From assembly GCA_963847705.1 (NCBI GenBank), contig CAWKBC010000021.1, forward strand, positions 64,001 to 128,000: DNA of 64,000 nt, read 5' to 3'. Both the position numbers and the translations under genes were made by a program. The notes beneath the pieces are model-generated. The model made no database searches. It saw only the letters and a list, made by a program, of their open reading frames with translations, and had not been told where the DNA came from. Positions 61,690-64,000 of the stretch are shown in pieces (position 1 is the first letter of the stretch; each line of letters opens with the position of its first letter). This DNA comes from an uncultured Pseudomonadota bacterium (GTDB lineage: Bacteria > Myxococcota_A > Polyangia > Fen-1088).

Positions 61690-62358
61690 TCAAGCAACGG
61701 CCGCGCCGGACCCGAAAACGCCGCAATCGAGGGCGAGCCTCACCAGGTCGACACGCGAAGCGAGCCCCAGCTTCTCCATGACCCTGGCGCGATAGGTCTC
61801 GACCGATTTGACGCCCAGTTGCAGCTCCTCGGCAATTTGAGCGTTAGTGAAGCCCTCTGCGACACGCCGCATGACCTCCAGCTCTCTCGAGGTCAGCTGC
61901 GCCATCCCGCGTGCGCGCTCTGCGTCGGCGGCGTTCGAGCGCAGCGGGCTCCGCGCGAGCTCCAACCCGACCGAGGCGTCCATGAAGGTGCGTCCCTGCG
62001 CGACCGCCCGGATCGCCGCCAGAAGCTCGGTATCGACCGCCCTCTTCACGACGTAGCCGTCGGCGCCGGCCCTTCCGGCCGCGCGAAGGTAGCCGAGCTC
62101 GTCGTGGACCGTGAGAGCGATGATCCGCGTCCTCGGACGGATCCGCTTGACCGCGGCCATCGCGGCGAGCCCTCCGCCGTCCGGCATGCTGATGTCCATC
62201 AACACCACGTCCGGTTCGGTGACGCTGACCCCGCGCTCGGCGTCGGGGCCGTTGGCCGCCTCGCCGACCACTTCCATGTCCGGCTGGAGGTTGATGAGGG
62301 CGCGCAGGCCGCCCCGCAGGATCCCATGATTGTCCACCACGAAGACCCGCACGCTCAC
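61690..62358 (-). CDS. NarL/FixJ family response regulator (copy 2)
   Basis: Close paralogue of 46824-47486; same LGVKSVETYR recognition segment; GTGA overlap with the shortened sigma. Confidence 0.9.
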   Translation of the reverse strand: MSVRVFVVDNHGILRGGLRALINLQPDMEVVGEAANGPDAERGVSVTEPDVVLMDISMPDGGGLAAMAAVKRIRPRTRIIALTVHDELGYLRAAGRAGADGYVVKRAVDTELLAAIRAVAQGRTFMDASVGLELARSPLRSNAADAERARGMAQLTSRELEVMRRVAEGFTNAQIAEELQLGVKSVETYRARVMEKLGLASRVDLVRLALDCGVFGSGAAVA

Positions 62359-62810
62359 GAGGGCACCGGCGCGGACGCGGACGCGGACGCTCCGGCGATC
62401 GTCCGGGAGATCGCCTCGCGGCGACGGCGCCCGGTGACCGGTGGCTCGAAGTCGTCGCCCAGTTCCTTTCGGAGATGGTGCCGGATGCGGGTCTTGAGGC
62501 GCTGCTCGACCTGGCGCGTGCGCTCGCGGGTCACGCCGAACCAGAACCTCATGCCACGGGTCGGAGCGTAGCTCGCGAGCGCCGGGAGGAGGCCGCGGTT
62601 TCCCTCTTGAATCATGTCACGCGGATCGTTGTCGCTGCGGCCGTGGTGACGGGCCAGCGCCGCCACCATCCGCATGTTCGCGACGATCAGGCGCTCGGCC
62701 AGGAGTGGGTCCCCGGTCTTCACATCCTCGACCGCGCAGCGGTGCTCCTCCTCGCGCGACATCGGCACGCAGCGCCGCAGATCGAAATGGTTGTCTGACG
62801 TGACGCGCAT
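62355..62810 (-). CDS. In-frame internally deleted paralogue of the RpoH-like sigma (possibly a pseudogene)
   Basis: Matches 48877-49815 up to PTRG.RF, then jumps to FGVTRER.RQ.E; 151 aa, no internal stops. Confidence 0.7.
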   Translation of the reverse strand: MRVTSDNHFDLRRCVPMSREEEHRCAVEDVKTGDPLLAERLIVANMRMVAALARHHGRSDNDPRDMIQEGNRGLLPALASYAPTRGMRFWFGVTRERTRQVEQRLKTRIRHHLRKELGDDFEPPVTGRRRREAISRTIAGASASASAPVPS

Positions 62811-62872
62811 CTGGCCGCCCGATCCATAGCTCGGCCGCGGCCTCCGTCCTGTCCGGAGGCGCCCCCGCCCCA

Positions 62873-62890
62873 TGTAGGGGTTTCCCCGGG
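62873..62890 (-). promoter_or_regulatory. Island box 10 (upstream of shortened sigma)
   Basis: cccggggaaacccctaca-N16-ccggaca-N17-gagcTATGGA. Confidence 0.7.
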
Positions 62891-62927
62891 ATCGTGGGGC
62901 GCTCTTGTTACGGGCGTGTTTCGGCTC

Positions 62928-63023
62928 TCACGGTGCGAGCGGGCCGCGGACAGCTTCGAGCTGCGCGACGAGCTCGATCTCGTCGCCGACCACCAGGCCG
63001 CCGACATCGAGGTCTTGATTCCA
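62928..63023 (-). pseudogene. C-terminal remnant of a YceI-family gene
   Basis: WNQDLDVGGLVVGDEIELVAQLEAV resembles the YceI C-terminus; no coherent N-terminal part. Confidence 0.6.
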
Positions 63024-63154
63024 GCGCGTGTCCGAATCATGTGCAGCGCCGATGGCGCGCGTAAGTCCTCGGGTGCCGTTAAAAAGAAGTGGAGGGCCGT
63101 TGAGCGCGCTGCGAGAGGCGCCGACAGGGGTCCCCAACCGTCCTTGCGTCGCGG

Positions 63155-63172
63155 GGGCGGGAAAACCTTACG
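63155..63172 (+). promoter_or_regulatory. Island box 11
   Basis: gggcgggaaaaccttacg; TATCTT at +45 (63217). Confidence 0.65.
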
Positions 63173-63318
63173 GATCACCCGGGTGATCCTGCGTGGCCGC
63201 GGCCGGCGCCGGTCGATATCTTGCTCGCGCGCCAGAGCGCCGTCTCGCCGTCTCTCGCTGGCTGGTGCAGATGGGTTCGAAAATGAAGTCATTGAGCCAA
63301 GCCCCGTTCGACCTCGCA

Positions 63319-63621
63319 ATGGACTCGCCGACGCTGAGCGACACGCCAATGCCGCTTTCAGAGCGGGTCGGAATAGCCAGGGAATTGCTGCTCAGTCTCA
63401 TCGACGCGACCCGCTCGGGTCAGCGCCCTGTCATGTGCCGCGTCCTGGACATCCTCCAGGGCGACATCCTCCGGCCGACTGTGCGCCTGACCCAGCCGGA
63501 GGTTGCAGCGGTCATGGCCGCCGTAACGGAGCTCCAGCACGAGGCAGCGCGCGCCGCGCCTGACATCGCTCTGTTCTGCGCTCGCGCCAGGGTGGTGATC
63601 GACATCCTCTCGAGCACCTGA
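63319..63621 (+). CDS. Hypothetical helical protein
   Basis: ORF downstream of box 11; alternative starts 63271 and 63283. Confidence 0.5.
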   Translation: MDSPTLSDTPMPLSERVGIARELLLSLIDATRSGQRPVMCRVLDILQGDILRPTVRLTQPEVAAVMAAVTELQHEAARAAPDIALFCARARVVIDILSST

Positions 63622-63801
63622 GCGCTGCGCTCTGTGCGTCCGGGCGGTACGGTGTCCAGCCTCGGCGTCTAGTCCGGTCTTCTGACCCTGCCGGTCGACG
63701 CCTTCGCGGCCGGCCTCGGCGATCACAAGATCGTCACCTCGCTCTGCCCCGGCGGAGGGGAACGAATGCGGCGTCTCATGAGCATCGTGGCGGCCAAACG
63801 A
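63622..63801 (+). pseudogene. Internal fragment of a Zn-dependent alcohol dehydrogenase
   Basis: ALRSVRPGGTVSSLGV*SGLLTLPVDAFAAGLGDHKIVTSLCPGGGERMRRLM; in-frame TAG at 63670; no start. Confidence 0.7.
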
Positions 63802-63833
63802 CGGCGTCAGCGCGGTATCGTCCGAGGATGGCG

Positions 63834-64000
63834 ATGAAACACGTCCGCAGTGAGTATCGCGTTCGCGAGAACCGCAAGGTCACGCTCAAGAGGTGGCCGA
63901 CACGGGTCAAGCTCCTCTACCGATCGAAGGCCCACTACCGCAGCCTTCTCGCCGAACAGGTCGAGCAACTGAGCACGCTGCAGCGCCTGCTGTACGCCTC
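63834..64000 (+). CDS. Polyphosphate kinase 2 family protein, N-terminus (runs off window)
   Basis: MKHVRSEYRVRENRKVTLKRWPTRVK..Y.SK.HY..LL.E.VEQLS.LQRLLYA resembles PPK2-family N-termini; gagga RBS. Confidence 0.65.
   Translation, partial: MKHVRSEYRVRENRKVTLKRWPTRVKLLYRSKAHYRSLLAEQVEQLSTLQRLLYA

Noticed and set aside
63670-63672. In-frame TAG as pyrrolysine or readthrough
   Set aside because: The surrounding frame is a fragment lacking start and end, so simple decay is sufficient

Overview
High-GC window, most likely from a myxobacterium (Myxococcota; inferred from Gly/Ser/Thr-linker lipoproteins, a Ser/Thr kinase and an RpoH-like sigma factor). The left two thirds (1-41.8 kb) carry housekeeping and metabolic genes (pgm, ndh, pyk, pfkA, rbgA, glnB, P450, LysR-pirin), lipid-anchored CAZymes (GH8, GH3, GH30, CE6-like), an operon pairing GH3 with two outer-membrane barrels, and a seven-gene GT2/GT4/flippase/GT-C glycosylation cluster. 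The right third (41.9-64 kb) is a stress-response-like island built on a sigma / PAS-kinase / NarL-regulator trio. It also holds in-frame-shortened paralogues of the sigma and kinase, a second regulator, and 11 copies of an 18-bp box, 8 of them exactly 45 nt ahead of a TA-initiated -10-like hexamer. The island also encodes a lipoprotein whose sequence pattern suggests a gasdermin-like fold. All four frameshifts I found are single-base insertions turning GATC into GATTC/GAATC, probably a methylation-linked sequencing artefact. A structured intergenic repeat of about 80 bp occurs three times. I saw no rRNA, tRNA, CRISPR array or transposase.
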